A stretch of 64,000 nt of DNA, from contig OZ176051.1 of the NCBI GenBank assembly GCA_964247055.1, positions 12,462,001 to 12,526,000 on the forward strand, in the 5' to 3' direction. Positions 52,228-64,000 of the stretch are shown one piece after another. How positions within the stretch are numbered: the first letter of the stretch is position 1; the number at the start of each line of letters is the position of its first letter. This DNA comes from Paragordius varius. Lineage: Eukaryota > Animalia > Nematomorpha. The notes beneath the pieces are model-generated. The model was not told the DNA's origin. It ran no database searches and saw only the letters and a program-made list of their open reading frames with translations. The translations under genes were made by a program, and so were the position numbers.

Positions 52228-53933
52228 TCTATATATTTAAAAAAATGGAAAGTGTGGCTTTGTGTTCTGTTTCCGGAAAATCGGTAGACCCATTCAAATC
52301 CAAATATCGAAAAAATATTATCATTAATGAATGCCCCGACAATAGCTTCGCCCTTTTTTTGAATTATGGGTAGTTCGGGCCCACCCCGTGTAAAAAACGG
52401 GTTGTTTTTGAAAACACAAGTCCACAAAAATCCGAAAGCGTGTTGGACCATTCGATTTAAAATATGATTTTTTTACTTATTTTCGATTGCGCCGAACATA
52501 GTCGGCTCGCTTTTTTAATTTAGGCCCTCTTTTTACCGGCCCCTGTAAAATGCCACCTTTTTCAAAAAAATTAAGTCCACAAATATGCCCAAGGTATGAG
52601 ACCGTAAAAATTTGATGAGGATTCCAGGTATCCCCTGTAAAAAGGCAAAATCAAGCGTCTTTGATGATAGCTGTTGGGTAAAGAGATACCCGCTAAAAAC
52701 TGACCCGTCATATCGAAATAGCGTGCCTTTGGGGCTAAATTTTAGAAATGAGTTCAATAGATGCCTTAAATATTACCCGAACAAGGCAAAAATTTAGGTC
52801 GTGCGGTTTTTTAAAGCCGTTAATTAGGCCTTTCACGCCCTGAAAAATGCGCCACCATAGATTGACCTTTTGGTTTTGAGGCAATTTTTTGAAAATCCCA
52901 CGAGAGCATATGGAATCAATCATAATTCCAGGTATTACCCGAAGTAAGGCCAAAATTTTGATTGAGCGTTTTTTTGTTTTGCCTCTGGTTACGGGGCTAC
53001 CCGCGTAAAACTGCGTCACCTATCGATACATGCCTTTGGAGCCAAATTTCAGAATACCTATGGGACTATGTGAGTTCAATAAGGGCCTAAAATATTTATT
53101 ACCACTTAAAAAATATTTTACTCCATAGAATTTTTTAGTTTTGAAGCAATATTTCCAAGAACTTATATAAACATATGGGATCAATGATAATTCCAGATAT
53201 TCCTCATATAAAGACAAAAATTTTGTCAGACGCATTTTTTATACCTGCCTCTGGGTAAGGAGCTACCCGCCGAAAACTGCGTCATTATATAGAAGTAGCC
53301 TTGTTTTGGGGCTAATTTACAGAAAATTTATGAAGCCATAGAGCTCATTAAAAGCTTGAGATATTACCCGTAACGGGGTAAAAATTAAGGTCAGGCGTTT
53401 TTTTATTAGCCGTTAATTTGGGGCCTTTATGCCCTAAAAATACGCGATCATATAACGATTATTTAGTGTTGAGGTATTTTTTCAAATAACCCATGAGACG
53501 ATGGTAACAAAGATGATTCCATATATTTGCCCTATAAAGGCAAAAATTTAACTCAGCGCTTTTTCCATATAGGTCTATGGGTAGAGGTCTACCGGAACTG
53601 AGACGCCATACAAAAATGGGGTGGTTTTGGAGCTAATTATCAAACTCAATAAGCCATACGAGTTCAAAGGCTTTACCCATAAATTGGTAAAAAATTATAG
53701 TATTGTGGTTTTTTCCGTTAGCCTTCAATTTGGGGCCTACACACCAGTAAACAATATATTAGTATGAATGCACCGTTTTGAAAATCCTATGAGATCATAA
53801 CTATTAAATAATGTTTTAAATTAATCCACATATATAAATTATTTTATTGTCCCCTTTTTCAAATCCCCCCCCCCTCCCCTCCAGAAATCCGAAGGACTTC
53901 CTCGGCCTGCGTAGCAGCACGAGATTTACGCTA

Positions 53934-53934
<1 letters not shown>
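52228..53934 (+). mobile_element. Non-autonomous Helitron carrying an internal tandem array
   Basis: 5' A|TCTATATATTTAAAAAAATGG; 3' short hairpins (CCGA.GGA/TCCTCGG; CTGC-GTA-GCAG) followed by CTAG|T. Inserted between A and T with no TSD. Confidence 0.72.
52515..53790. repeat. Diverged tandem repeat: about 150-bp monomers arranged as about 300-bp dimers (about 4 dimers)
   Basis: Dimer heads ttaatt(t)aggcc / ttaatttggggcc at about 52515, 52820, 53413 and 53725 (the head near 53105 is lost). A motif like tattaccc..aaggcaaaaattt recurs about every 150 bp. Confidence 0.75.
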
Positions 53935-53980
<46 letters not shown>

Positions 53981-54299
53981 CTTTTAAGTTATTGTAGATC
54001 CGAGATTATATTTAAACTTGTCCTGATTGAAATGGGATGCTAGTTTCAGCTTATGGCTAAGAATTAGCGGATAAGAGTAAGGTTATAAAACGCAATTTAT
54101 GCGGGGACGGTTAGTTCGATAAACCAGTGACAAACGAATATTCTGATTTCAAAATCAAAGCGCGTTTGAAATAATTCATGCAGTGAAAATGTTAAAACCC
54201 TCCAAATGTGTTTATTTGGTATATTTTGATAATAATTGATTAGGAGCTCAAGTTAATAATAGGTACTGGAATCAGATCGACCAAAATTTTATCAACATG

Positions 54300-55150
54300 A
54301 TGTCTACTCTAGTTATCAGGCCTTGAATGTAAATTGGAATGCAGAATCCATGCCCGTTTGCACACACTTTATATTTGATTTGATCTGATTTGAAGTATAA
54401 ATTTTCACATTTTAAATTTATTTTGTTACATATAAAGACTAGTTATATTACCTATCTTATTCGACATATTTGACACTCCCTAAAAGAAGTTATTAAAACT
54501 CTTGACTAAGGTGAAAGTAGGGCGGAAATTATGCCGCAAATCTCTTCCCGTATAGACTGAATTACTGATGGAGAAAGTAGCAAAAATATTTAAGGAATTT
54601 ATTGGTAGAGATGTTAACAATAAAAACAACACTTTAATCAATTTTGGAAAAGTCAAATTTTCACACTCAATTCAAATGCGCAAAGCAATTAAACTGTATA
54701 GCCCTAACACCCATATTGATCTAAAATACATGAGCCCTACGGGTTTTAAGGCAATTAATAGGGGGAAATTTCAGACGATATTATATTATAAGACTAGGGA
54801 TGTTTAACTGATCACACTATGATAAAAACGCTATAAATCTTATATGATCATATTAATACAATTTCAGCCTTTAGGAAGGAATGCATCCTGATATTATCGG
54901 CCATGAATAGTTTTTATTGCGTAATAATGGTAAAAATTAGTTTGAGCTGGTAGTATTGATATCTAACTCTACTACTTTATACCTTGGTTGAGAAGTTTGG
55001 TAAGTATGATATAGATTCCCGCTCATGATAACTTTTCGTCAGAAAAACCTTAAGAAGATAGAGATAGCCAATAAAACAAGGACCCTAATGATAGAAAAAC
55101 TATATCCAGAGTATCTGAAAATATGTGATGCCAAAAGAAAACCAAAATGA
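54300..55150 (+). pseudogene. Possible highly decayed non-LTR reverse transcriptase remnant
   Basis: PILFDIF, then IFKEFIGRDVNNKN and LKYMS/LYLG, loosely in the RT order SP.LF - GL.VN..K - YLG. No intact YADD and many stops. Confidence 0.3.
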
Positions 55151-56974
55151 TAGTGTTCTGGTCTAAGATATGGCGGGAAAAACAAAAAAATCCCATATAC
55201 GATCGATATCTGCTTTGGTCAATTTTTTTAAGATTACTGACGTTATCCTTCCAAGTCTAGCCAAAGACTTATGATTCATATTATAGAGCAAAATGGATAC
55301 ATTTTACATTTCGGAAATTGGGAGGGGTGGGGAAGAGATTGAAAAGTAACTTTGCATATCATGGATAAACATATTTTTTACGTCAAATACCAGATCTCTG
55401 AAATGTTAAAAAATTTGAATTTACACAAAAAAATTCCAAATTAAAATCCATTTTCTAACAAAATTGTATGTTCGAATCTATGAAAGCTGTATATTTGCCT
55501 TTTTGGGACTTTGCTAAAATCTATCATTTAGTTATATCAAACATATGATAGGATATACAGAGTAATTTTTAAAAAGAGATCATAACTCTGAATTATCTTA
55601 GTGTCAATCAATTTATGATTAAAAATAGTCTTTTTTTATAAATGATTTAAATTTTTAATCCATTTATACCTAATTAATTAAAATATTGATTTAGCTGATA
55701 AAGATTCATTGGTATCGTAGAAACTTTACTATTTTTCACAATCCATCACAAATGATTTTTATTTATATCAAATATTTTGGTTTAGGAAAAAGTATTTTAT
55801 ACGATGAGTTAGTTGTTAACAAGATGTGATTATTTATTTTTTGCGACTGACGATGCCTTAAAGGGTACTTACCTCTTGAAATTAATCCTGTGTTTACAAA
55901 GATAATTTGACTATAACCGGATATTATATCTAATCTTGTTTGGAGCTAACACTTTTGCCGGAAAATTATTAGAAACACACAATTATTTTTCGTGAAGGCG
56001 GCGTATTTAACAACGGGTGGCGTCCTGTCTAATAGCTATAATTAGAATGTTACGCCTATGTAAAATTAATCTAAACTTTTTTTTGTAAAACTATCCAAAT
56101 AATTATTTAACGGATTCTAATTTTATGCAAAACGATGCCAGTAATAACGATGTAGCTGTACAACACACATACAAAAGTAATTGGGTTATAAATAATAATT
56201 GAATTTGCGAATTAATAAATAATATAGAATATTTTGAGCCTTACGCTTAATAGAAATTGATTAAAGGATATTTTATGGAGTATCTCTAGTTTTACATATC
56301 TATGTTTTTATGGATAGTTGGGCCTCTCAAAAGTTTTTAGCGAGTGTCCGTTGCAAATTTCTTAATTTTGTCAACAAATAAAATCTTATGCATAACTTTC
56401 TTTAATAGAATCAAAAAATGCCTATATATACAGAATATATGTTACTCTAATCTAAATTGGTTTATATGAGTATTGGCATTAAACTCAAGCTAAACTAAAA
56501 GATAGTTCAACTATGTGTAAAATATCCAGATATAATTTAAATAGACCTACTCTTTTTCCGGAAAATGGCTTCTAGAATTAACAACCAAATAATTTAAAAT
56601 ATAGACAACATTAAATGACTACCCAATCAGTGTAGAGATAGGGGAAAGAAAAATTTATAGGTGTTTGGTTAAAGGTATCCTATTATTTACAGTAAAGCAC
56701 TCTTATAACAGCGCGCATAAAGGTAATTATCAGCTCATGATTTTATTTTTTTTTATTTAACATATCGTTTAAATCAGATAGAGAGCCCTCATAATAAATC
56801 AAAAATCATAAATTTATATCACTGTTAAAACTTATTAGGATTTTAAAAATATATAATTCAATTGGAAAATAATTTTTATAATCAATTTAAACTTTCCATA
56901 AAAATGGATGATGCCGATACAGACCCATGAATTTTTTTTACCATCGGGTTAGAATCAATGGAGGTATACTTTTT

Positions 56975-57510
56975 AACGCTTCGATTTAAATTGGGGTATT
57001 TAGTTAATATTTTTTAAAAACCACTGAAAGAAACGGTTTCAATTTAATATATGCTTCTATCCTCATAAAAATTATATAAGTAATTGAAAATATCTGAATA
57101 AAATTTAGTTAAAAAAAGTTCCGTATCAAACTACTTCGACGCCATATTTTAAAAAACATTTCTGCTACGTATCGTGTTTATTTAATTCTAACGCAAATTA
57201 AAGGTAATTTTTTATAAATTTACATTTAACTTTGATATAAATAGAAAAAGTATATTTTGCATTATTATTATATTTAGCTTATGCATGTTAGGATGGCTAA
57301 ATTTTTACCTTTGGGTTTTACCTCTGAATAAGTATTATCAAGTATTTTTGAAATTTTTTTATACTTCGGTTGTTATATAAGTGCAAGCTTTTGCTATTGT
57401 TTAAATTTATTCCATATTTTTTTAAAAATATATAATTTTAGACAAGCCTACGATATCCAACGACCCCAATTTAAATCAAAGGTCTAAAATGAATGTGTTG
57501 TATCTATACT
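56975..57510 (+). mobile_element. Diverged family D MITE
   Basis: ttaacgcttcgatttaaattggggtat ... gatatccaacgaccccaatttaaatcaaaggtctaaaatgaatgtgttgtatc; interior aligns to the 11289 copy. Confidence 0.7.
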
Positions 57511-57731
57511 AGTGTTCATAGAAATTAGCCTATTGTATTTTTAATTATTTAAAAAATATATTTTATCAACATACATTTCTTATCATCATTCAGATCAAAA
57601 TTGAGACCAATATTTACTGTCATCGATCCTTATATTTATGTAAGTAAAATGTTAATTATTTGTTACATTTTTTTTATATATGCAGACATAGGCTACATAT
57701 AAATACAGACGAAAGAAAATATTGCAAGCAT

Positions 57732-59859
57732 TTAAGAAGTTGATATATAATTTTTCGGTAGGGTCGGCTTGATATCGAGCAAAAGATTAATGAGATTTGA
57801 TACAACTTTCGATTTATGCTGTGCAATGTGATCATTTATGTGAGTTATGGTTTCCTGAGTCTGTTGGGCAAATTTTTTTTGGGCATCCTCCTTGGAACCC
57901 AGATGCTAAATTTGGTGCAAAACAGTAGAAATATTAAAATCATAATTTATATGATTGGATCAAATGTAAGATAAGACAAATAGCAAAATCAAAATAACTA
58001 TACACTATATAACACTGGACAACAAATTTTTCTGCCACTCGAGTTTTTTGCATTTTCTGATATTTAGTATCATTCTAACAGTAAATCCGAAATAAAAATT
58101 ATAACCCGATGGAAGAATTTTGTATAATTTTATTTTTGATTATGCGCCCTCTTTATCAAAATTTTACTAAAAATGTTTTTCTTTGAAAATATACAAGTAA
58201 TTCCCTTTTGTAATATATCATTCGAAAGAGTAATAAAAACTCTTTAAAATGCATACTAATATGTATTACATCGACAGTTAATATTGGACACAAAGAGCGA
58301 CAAACGCGCGAAGCGAGAGCATTTTTTTAATTATTATATTTTTAAAACTAATGGATGAAAATAGCTCAAACTTTGTTTAGATGGTGATGAATGTCCAAAA
58401 AAGATAACCCAAGAAAGTTTTTTTGATTAAAACATTTTTTTATTGCTTTTATGTCACTCAAAACAGCCATTTTTAAGTTTTTTTGTTTTTTAAAAATTAC
58501 CATCTCATCAATATTAATTTATTTTCTTAACGAGGCTGAAAATTTCGAAATTTTTTAAGATAATAACAAGGTTTAAGGTATTTTTGATCTTTCATAGCCA
58601 TTATGTAATAAATTTACAGTTATAACTATGCATTTTAGTATCCACTAGGCAAAATATTTATGATAATAATAAATTTTATTAAAAAAGCAAACCAAAAGCT
58701 TTTTCAAACATTTTTTTTAAATTAAATACTAATATAACCCTAATAATTATATTAAAATAATTTATATGATTTTCAAATTAGTTTGTCTGTGAAAATTCTT
58801 GACTTATTTAAGGATTAAAAATTTCGACCATTTAAATCCAAATAACTTTTACATCCGATTGATTTAAATGACTTACTACCATTTAAAAGATGCAGTATTT
58901 TGAGCTCTTTCGAATGATATAAAATACATGGCTTCATATTTAAAACTTTTAATTTTCGAAATTTTGAGTTTAATGTAAATCGGGGCCAAAAATTATCGAT
59001 AAACTCTAATATAAAAAAATTCTTTCATGCTAGACCAATTTTCTTTTCAGATATATTAATTATGTAGTTTAATGAAATAAATCTTTAATTTACAAGAATG
59101 GCAGTTAAAAAAAGTTAAAATTTGTTGTCTAGTGTAATATACAATTTTTCCAAAGGCTAATAATAAAAGTATCAAAATACAATATAGTAATCTTAAAAAA
59201 CAATGGCTGTTCAAAACAATACAAGCAATCACATCCATTTCCAGAGAAGTCCACACAATTCACTACCGGATAAACATGCACTAAAAAAGATACTTTATAA
59301 AAAACTTCCAAATAATTGGAACCCTCACACACACACAAAAAAAATATTAAATCAACGGGAATAACAATAATACCTTATATAAAGATGGCGTTTTCAACTT
59401 ACATAAAAATATATACTTCTTCAAAGCACAGGTATTATATAAGTTTTTTTTCTCTTTTCTTAAATAAACTAATCCATTAACTCTATTTTTTTTAATGAAA
59501 AAGTTTTAAAAAGTTTTTCCCAATTTCACCAATTGTACAAAGGGGTGCACCCCGTGCTATTGTCATATAATATACAAAACATTTCTTTACCAAAGTAACC
59601 CTTGCCCCAACAATACTCTGCTAATTTACAAATTTAATTTGGAAAAATTACCATTGCTTCATAATTTTTAAATTCCGCTTCCCTTTGTGCTCGATATGAT
59701 TCTATTTCGGCTTGTGCCTCTTCTTTAGCCTGTTTCATTCGCTTGGCCTTTCCTAAAAAGTATATATAAAAAAAAACTTTTTCTTGCTTCACCGACTTTC
59801 TCAGCCGCCTTTTTTTCGGCTATCAAAAGTTGTTGAATGCTTGCCGTATTACTCGCCAT
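57732..59859 (-). CDS. ATP6V1G: V-type proton ATPase subunit G (118 aa)
   Basis: Exons 59778-59859, 59652-59752 and 57732-57905 read [55 protein letters not shown]...HLGS...DIKPTLPKNYISTS*. Confidence 0.96.
58013..59134. mobile_element. About 1.1-kb non-autonomous TIR transposon in ATP6V1G intron 2
   Basis: TIR CACTGGACAACAAATTTT / AAAATTTGTTGTCTAGTG (1 mismatch in 18). Partial copy at 9855-10179. No ORF. Confidence 0.75.
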
Positions 59860-60093
59860 ATATTTATCTTTTGAAATTCTTTTTAGAGGACGATCGATTT
59901 GCGTATGAAGTCGAACATGTAAATGATAACAGATTTAAAAAAATAAATTATCCTTATAAATTTTGATCAAACTAATAATATTACGAATTTATAATTTTAT
60001 CAAATTCTACAAATTAAAAAAATTATCATTATTCCCTTTATCACTAATATTCTCTATTTACGCCTATTTACCGTATGTTTCGCAAAACATTGC

Positions 60094-63000
60094 ATGATTA
60101 AACGCCCCACTTTTAGATTTTTATCGGCGTTCGCTAAAAACAACATCTGTGCTCACATTTTTTACCCAAAAAATACACGATATTTATATAACTCTTTGGT
60201 TGCCACACCGAATTTTTTACACAAAATGGTAGCTACGAATGAATCATATTCTGAAACGGTAAATGGCCATAAATCACACGCCTCACCGTTAAATAAATCG
60301 ATTGAGGAAATTGATCCGGAAATGGTTCACCTTATTCGAGAAGAAAAACAGAGACAACTTGAAGGAATCGAACTTATAGCTTCTGAAAATTTTGCTTCTC
60401 GTGCTGTTTTAGAAGCTCTTAGTAGTTGCCCCCACAACAAATATTCTGAAGGATATCCAGGAAATCGGTTTTACAATTCCATTAATTACTTTATACTATC
60501 ATTTTACCTAAAAATAAATATGAAAAAAAATTGAGAGCTATTACTAATTTTGAAGCGCCATTTTGATTTTTATATTTGGTATTTAAATTATTTATTGAAT
60601 TTTAATATGTTCATCATATTTATGATTTACCCTTTTTTTACAAATATACAATATTTTTTATAAGTTTTTTTTTGATGTAATGCAAATTCCAATTGATTAT
60701 GGTTATCCTCTTTAGATGTTATATATGTAATAATATGTGTAATTTAACCTTAGCTAAAACTGTGTCAAACTTAAAATTTGTTATAGCTTAGATTGCTAAA
60801 AAAATATTTTTAAATATTTTCATTTTACAGTAACATATGGTATATTCAATATTAATGTTAAAAAATATTTAGGCGATGGGCGTTGTTTATTTTAATAGAG
60901 AGTATTCATAAACTAATAAATCCGAATTTTATATGCCAATAGTTACTTTTTATCTATATCAAAATAAAATGTAATAAAGATATATTTTTTGTGTTTAGCT
61001 ACTATGGTGGAAACGAAGTGATTGATAAAATTGAATTACTTTGTCAACAAAGAGCTCTGGAATGCTTTGGACTTTCACCCGAAAAATGGGGCGTTAATGT
61101 TCAAGTCTTTTCGGGTTCACCCGCTAATTTTGCCGTTTATACGGGTAAGCTAATAACTTACATACATAAAGTTTTAGAATTGATAAACTTCTTTTCTTTT
61201 GTTGGCAAGCAAATAACTGTCAATTTATTTGGTTGTATGTATTTTGCTATTCTACCTATCTTTTTTAATTTTTGTAACTTAAATTTTCCTTAGATATTTA
61301 GGTTAATAAGTACTAAAATATGGTAATCAACAAAGTTTAGTAATTTGAGTTTGCAATAATGGTGTTTCAAAACCAACAAATTATCCCTTTTTAAACTTTT
61401 TTAAAACTGTAATTTAGTAGCATAAAGTTTTGCATTATTTTTTCTAGCTTTAGTAGGTCCGCACGGAAGGATCATGGGTCTTGACCTAACAGACGGGGGC
61501 CATTTAACACACGGCTTCATGACTGAAAAGAAACGTGTTTCGGCTACCTCACTTTTTTTTGAATCTATGCCTTATAAAGTTAATTTTTTTGAAATAAAAA
61601 GAAATTTATTTAGAAATAGTTCTGTTTTTGTTATAAAGCTAAAAACTTATTAAGTTTATATCCATTCAAAATGACATATTATCTAAAATTAAACAGTCTT
61701 TTGAATTATGAATATTTTTTTTATAATTTTGATAACGGGAAAAAATTCAATCTACGCATGAGTTATTAAAATTGTTAGGAAATATTTTTGTTGCAATTCA
61801 AAAATATGGCTTTTTATTTTATTTCCACATATTTTACAATATGTTTTTTTTATCTTTCACAAACATAAATATTTTTGTTTAAATAAAATTATTTAACAAA
61901 AACCATTTTTATTTATCTAAAATTTTATACATTATTTTTCATGTGATTTCTTAGGTTAATCCTGAAACTGGTCTCATAGATTATGAAGCTTTGGAAAAAA
62001 ATGTGAAATTGTTTAAACCAAAACTTATTATTGCAGGTTAGCAAAAACGTTATCAATAAGTTTAAAATTTATACCCTTGAAACAATGATAAAGCTAGAAT
62101 GCTAAAATTGATTATACGGACGTATATATATATATATATATATGATTTTTTTTGACAATTTATCTATTATCATTAACTTTTTTAATAATTATAATATTCT
62201 AAATGTAAATAGATTTAAAATATTGAATTTTTACCAAATTTTAATATATATTGCTAGGTGAAACCAAATACAAAATAGTTTTCGATGGATAATCTTAATT
62301 TTACCGCTAACTTCAAATTTTTACAAATTTATAGTAGAGATGTTATGGTGATATTTATATATATATATGTTATTTAATTAGTTATTGCAGAAATAAAAAA
62401 AAAATATTTTTTTAGTGTAAAAATTCCGTCTTAATTAAATTGAAAACATTAATTTAATTTTAGCCTGAATGACTAATAAAATAATTTATCTACCTTTTGA
62501 ACAATGGAATCAACCATTATTAATATATTATTGGTTACAATAAATTTATAAAATATCCGCTCCTCCTTACCCTAGGTATCACCTGTTACAGTCGTCATTT
62601 AGATTATCAGCGGTTTCGTCGGATTGCTGATTCTGTTGGGGCCATTCTAATGGCTGATATGGCTCACGTGTCTGGTCTCGTGGCTGGTGGTCACGTGCCT
62701 GAAAGCCCATTTGCCTACGCTGATGTGGTTACCACGACAACGCACAAATCTTTGCGGGGTCCGCGGGCTGCACTTATCTTTTATCGCAGAGGTATTTTTT
62801 CTGTTTATAAATAAATATATATATAGGTATAAATTGTGTGTATTGAACTAAAAAGAAAGTAATTCAAGACTGTTTAAGCGATTTGACAAAAACATTTTAT
62901 CTTAACATTAGGCATATATTGTTATATGCAAGTTAAAAAGTATCATACAATTAATTTTATATATGTTGAAATTTTAAACTATTTTAAGAATAAAATTGAA

Positions 63001-64000
63001 AATCAGAACCATTAGGCTCTAAAACAATGAACTGGCTTTAAACCTATTAAGGAACATAAAATACGGTGTGTTATACTATACCTCATCATATATAAAACAT
63101 TTTGGTTTTTCGCTTATTTTCAAATTTTTTACTCTAATTAATGCATATACATAGGATTAAAGAATGTTAATGCCAAAGGTGACAAGGTGATGTATGATTA
63201 TGAAAAACTAATAAATGAAACTGTCTTTCCAGGACTCCAGGGGGGACCCCATAATAACTCTATTGCAAGTATATCAACCAATTTAACATCTGATACAAAG
63301 TTTTATATTAACATCATTTAGAACATTTTTACACAACATTAAAATTTAAAATAGGATCACATTCAAATATTAATTTTAAATTTAGATTGTGCAAATATAT
63401 TGCTATAATTTACATATACTTTGTGAACAAATTTTTTAATTGGAAAATGTAACATAACATAAAATATATATAATTGAACAATAATACAGTTCTAATTTGC
63501 AATTTAATCACAACATTGCATGGCGTGAAGTTAGTTGGACATCTCTAAATCATTTACCCTATTTATTATGTTTTACAGTTGAGTATGAATCTAAGTAATG
63601 AAACATAAAATCCTGAAATTTTGTTTCATTATATCGAATAAACTGGAACTATTGACTAATACGTACACATCTTTCACACACAACTATCTAAACTACTATT
63701 GTTTATCTTGTTATTTCATTTATCTTAATTTTTGCTTCCTTCCTTTAGCATTATAAAATACAATTTTCATTATTAGGTATTATATAAAATTCCTTCTAAT
63801 TTTTACTTTAATTATTGTGTGAATTAGTTTCTCGTTTGATTAGTGCTGGACAAAAAGGTCAACATTAATCCATTTTTTGCAGCCTAGCCATATAATATAT
63901 TTTAGGTATCGCAGTGGCGCTCAAACTGGCCTCTCAACCCGAATTCAAAGAGTATGGAAAGCAAATTCTTGCAAACGCAAAACAACTTAGTTCATCTCTT
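60094..64000 (+). CDS. SHMT: Serine hydroxymethyltransferase, exons 1-7; continues beyond the right edge
   Basis: Exons 60094-60467, 60999-61144, 61448-61578, 61955-62036, 62576-62791, 63155-63268, 63906-64000. Motifs [38 protein letters not shown]-lysine [22 protein letters not shown]. Confidence 0.97.

Noticed and set aside
14298-53974. ORFs containing IYIYIY runs
   Set aside because: Translations of (TA)n microsatellites.
59056-59338. Cys-rich minus-strand ORFs in the ATP6V1G intron
   Set aside because: No domain pattern, partly overlapping a transposon end, and not needed for the gene model.
1-64000. tRNA, rRNA or snRNA genes
   Set aside because: No cloverleaf, rRNA-like or Sm-site-containing sequence was recognised by eye; short snoRNAs cannot be excluded without a covariance-model search.

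Overview
Very AT-rich eukaryotic genomic DNA, most likely from an animal (it carries an RGM gene); the species cannot be named from the sequence. Seven spliced genes are recognisable: MTAP (-, runs off the left edge), PSMB3 (+), SLU7 (-), NUP214 (+), RGM (-), V-ATPase subunit G (-) and SHMT (+, runs off the right edge). There is also a possible unknown gene at 14.35-15.8 kb. The standout element is a full-length, apparently intact RTE-clade non-LTR retrotransposon (3591-7000) in an MTAP intron. It has a 12-bp target-site duplication, an HDV-like ribozyme fold starting exactly at its 5' boundary, a 40-aa overlapping upstream ORF, and a C4HC3 PHD-type finger inserted inside the APE-RT ORF just after the RT core. 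The host genes have ultra-short 21-28 nt GT-AG introns confined to their 5' ends, very tight head-to-head gene pairs (78 bp between SLU7 and NUP214), and a shared ACGC(TT) motif just upstream of several start codons. Introns and spacers hold many non-autonomous DNA transposons: piggyBac-like TTAA MITEs, TA-flanked MITEs (one with an 18 x 21-bp subterminal array), a foldback-like element, and a Helitron carrying a 150/300-bp higher-order repeat. All gene models were assembled by eye and need RNA-seq confirmation.
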